This document shows positions 60,600-64,000 of a DNA stretch of 64,000 nt, piece by piece. The DNA is taken from assembly GCF_963921235.1 (NCBI RefSeq), contig NC_086097.1, positions 155,374,001 to 155,438,000 of the forward strand. Reading direction: 5' to 3'. The position numbers were made by a program, and so were the translations under genes. The stretch is from Mobula hypostoma (lineage: Eukaryota). The notes beneath the pieces are model-generated. The model was not told the origin of the DNA. It did no database searches and saw only the letters and a list, made by a program, of their open reading frames with translations. How positions within the stretch are numbered: the first letter of the stretch is position 1; each line of letters begins with the position of its first letter.

Positions 60600-62222
60600 T
60601 GAGCACAACCTTTGAACACACTTGCAAAGACAGTACAACTCATGTTCTCAAAGTTATTTACTTATTATTATTATATTGTATTAGCATAGTTTCTCATCTT
60701 TTACACGTTGGTTGTTTATCAGTCTTTGTGTGCAGTTTAGCTTTGATTCTATTGTATTGTGGCGAGCATTCGGTACATGATGACAAACGAGGAAAGCTCA
60801 TTCATCTCAACTGCTCTTTCTATTGCGACATGCACAATAGCAGAGCGCAAAGCTTGGTGAGAAGTAACTCAATCACATACAGATAGGGAGGTTATTAGTG
60901 CACATCCTGGTTACAGTCAGGGTGGCACACAAACACACAAATGAACAACTGAATAACCCAAGATAAAATGTAACAAAAACTGAACTCGAACATCTCACTA
61001 TAATTGTACTGAATACGCACATTATGAATGCAATTTTCAAACATAAATGCTGGGGGCGTGAATAACCCCCAGATCTTTGGAGCTGTCCCACACCAGATAC
61101 TTTCTCTTCTCCCGTCTCCCATCAGTCGGAAGATGCAAAAGCCTTAAAGCACAAACCAGCACCAGACACAAGAACAGCTTCTATCTTCCTGTTATAAGAC
61201 GATTGAACGGTCCCCTTGTACAATAAGATGGACTCTTTATTTCACAATCTATCTCAATATAATCTCGCGTGTAATCAAAAAGATCTGCAGTGTTATGGAC
61301 ATAGAGACCATGGAGTGGAGGCAGGTTTCTCCATGATGTGGAAAGCTGTCTGTATTTCTCACTGCCTCAGTAAAGCAGCCAGCATCATCAAAGACCTTCC
61401 CACCTCAGACATTCTTTCTTCTGGAGTTGCACAGTGGAGAGTATCCTGACTGGTTGCCTAATGGCCTGGTATGGAAAGACCAATGTTCAAAAATGTCAAG
61501 GCCGACAAAAAGTGATGGATACGGCCCAGTCCAGAGGAAAAGCCCCAACATCCACCATTGAACACATCTATCAGAAGCACTGCCAGAAGAAAGCAGCATC
61601 GATTTTCAAGGACGTCCGCCATCTAGGCCACGCTCCCTTCTCATTGTTGCCATCAGGACGGAGACACAGGATCTATATTTCCCACACCACCAAGTTCAGG
61701 AACAGTTATTACCCTTCAACCATGAGGCTCCTGAACCAGTGTGGATAATTTCCCTCACCTTAACACTGAACAGATCACTGAGCACAACCTTTGAACACAC
61801 TTTCAATGGCAATACAGCTCATGTTCTCAAAGTTATTTATTTACTTGTTATTATTATTATGTTGTATCAGCATAATGTGTCATCTTTTGCACAATGGTTG
61901 TTTGTCAGACTTTGTGTGTAGTTTATCTTTGATTCTATCGTATTATGGCGAGCATTTGGTACATAATGGCAGATGACAAAAGCTCACTCATCTCAACTGC
62001 TCTTCCTATTGCGACATGCACAATAACAGAGCGCAAAGCTTGGTGAGAACTCAGTCACACACCGACAGAGGAGATGATTACTACACACCTCGGTTACATT
62101 CAGGATGGCACACAAACACACAAGTGAACAACTGAACTGAAATGTAACAAAAACTAAATTTGAACATCTCAACATAATTGTACTAAACACAGCGCTGGCG
62201 GCTAGGAATGCTGGGGGCGTGC
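60600..62222. repeat. Diverged direct repeat of about 450 bp (60600-61060 and 61779-62222)
   Basis: Colinear from gagcacaacctttgaacacac to tgctgggggcgtg in both copies. Confidence 0.85.
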
Positions 62223-63132
62223 TGACAACCACACCCCCGGTGTGCAACGCTATTATTAATTGTATTGGGAAGGTCTGGAAGAAAATGAATTTCAGGATAG
62301 TATATGGTGACATATATGGAATTTGAAAATAAATTTACTGTGAACTTTAAACTTTGAGAAATAAATCTGAACTTAGCCATTAAATTTCTTCCCTCTCACC
62401 TTTAACATGTGCCCTCTAGTCCTCGATTCACCAGTCCAAGGAAAAAGACTTAGTACATTCACACTATCTATGCCCCTTATAATTTTAGACACTGCTATAA
62501 GGTCACGCTTCAGCCTGCTGCACTTCAATTAAAGTTCTCGACTATCCAAGTTGGGATAGATGCAGAGATACAGCTTGTTTTCACATCTCTCTTCATCCAG
62601 GGTTTAATTGTGACTTGGGATTGTTAATTCCACTCTGCTGGTTTGTGCTCATCATTGTATTTATTGTTGGAATCATTGACATGGTCTCAGCATACAAGGA
62701 CACGGGAACCAATTCCTTGAAGAGCACCCGTCAGTTCACTGGAAGAAACCAGTACGTCTGCAGAAGTGTAGTGGTCAGTGGCGATCACTTAAAAGTGCTA
62801 GCAATCACTGGTAAGGGTTCGATTCCCACTGCTGCCTGACAAACAAGCTCAAGCTGACAGGAAGACACTGGGAACACAAATAACCATATATTACAACAGT
62901 GCGGTGTAGAACAGCATCTCTGAATGCACAATACATCAAACCTTGAAGTGAATGGGTTACAGCAGCAGAAGACCAAGAAAATACACCCAGTGGCCACTTT
63001 TTTTTAGATACAGTTGGCAACTGTATTTAATATAAAAACCTTGATACAGCGATCGCGCCTTAACATCTATTCTTTCACATTTTCTCTCACACTCACTCTC
63101 TCACACATCTATTGGTATGAGACAATTTTTAC

Positions 63133-64000
63133 CTTCAGCTTCTTTGTGAGAGTTTGCATTCAAATCTTCTGTATATGTTGTGATGTGAACTGAATCCTCT
63201 TTGCAGAATCTTGACTGCAGTGTCATATCCGCGGGCACCATTCCCTCACCTCGGCAGCCCTCTTGTTCACATCTTTGCCGATCCCTGTGGAGTTTTTGAT
63301 TTGTTCTTGGCCATCTTTTCTTGTATTCTGTCTTCCCATCCTCAGCCAATCTCACCTCTGCATACCTTCGTTTCTTAACGCCAAGAAACTTTCCTACCGA
63401 TTGCAATCTTCCACTCAATGGAGCTCTTCTGTCACCCACCTTTGTGGTGTCATCTGACCCACACTCTGGACTCTGTTCATCGTTCTGCACTTGTTCTTCA
63501 CTGCTCATTCCTTGATCCCCTCTTTTAAGTCCCACTTTCTCTTCTCCCACAATTACATTGTCTTTCCTTTCATTATTCACTTCCTCCTCCGCAATGATTC
63601 CTTCATCCTTACTTTCATTTATCGTGTTCTCATCCCAGGTATCTCCGTTTTTGAACACTTGGTTCATTGTTGGAACAGCCACCTCCGACGGAAAATTCCC
63701 AACAGCTAGCTCGGGACCTGGCTTTCCATCTGGCTGTTCTAGTAAACTAATTCCATGCTGCTTTCCTTCATCCCCTTCTTCCATATTATCACCCCCAATA
63801 TTCTGGCTCTCTGGTTTCCTATTCAGAGCTCCTTCCTCTGAATAACCTTCCTGGAAATCCAGGCTACCCTCACCTGGACACAAATATTCCGTTTCATGTT
63901 CTGACTCTCTAACCTCAGGAGCCAAGCTTTCAGCTTCGAGATTTTCTGTCTCGATGATTACTGGTAGACTCGAGCATCCCAAGTTTTCTAGCTCCACTCG
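63133..64000 (-). CDS. Large acidic, low-complexity coding exon, open to the window edge; probable upstream exon ('exon 1') of the PLC-delta-like gene
   Basis: Stop-free frame of about 289 codons, E/D/G-rich. The donor GAAG|GTAAAA at 63133/63132 is phase 1, matching the phase-1 acceptor of the PH exon at 56825 (G+AA=Glu). Alternatively it could be the last exon of another gene, with a stop at 63101. Confidence 0.65.

Noticed and set aside
62615..62839. Hydrophobic 74-aa ORF resembling a small membrane protein
   Set aside because: Non-ATG start, no splice or homology support, and it runs into repeat sequence.

Overview
Repeat-rich vertebrate genomic DNA. The CR1, Rex1, Penelope, Tc1 and SINE landscape suggests a cartilaginous fish; this is inference. 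The main feature is a minus-strand, multi-exon phospholipase C delta-1-like gene. I reconstructed 14 exons by hand (56825 to 23155; PH, EF-hand, X, Y and C2 domains), all with GT..AG boundaries and compatible phases, giving about 728 aa with no stops. A large acidic upstream exon (63133 to beyond 64000) can splice to it in frame. The protein is a strongly diverged PLC-delta. Both catalytic histidines and the substrate-binding residues are kept, but the active-site Ca2+ ligands equivalent to D343 and E390 are E and R. One intron has a U12-type donor. About 3.7 kb past the stop codon lies an inverted, pseudogenised duplicate of the exon 8-9 region with mosaic identity. The rest is transposon debris: a decayed Ty3/gypsy internal region, solo LTRs, CR1, Rex1, RTE and Hero-like LINEs, Penelope elements with hammerhead motifs, Tc1 remnants and SINEs. 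Exon numbers are my own, and repeat boundaries are approximate (set by eye).
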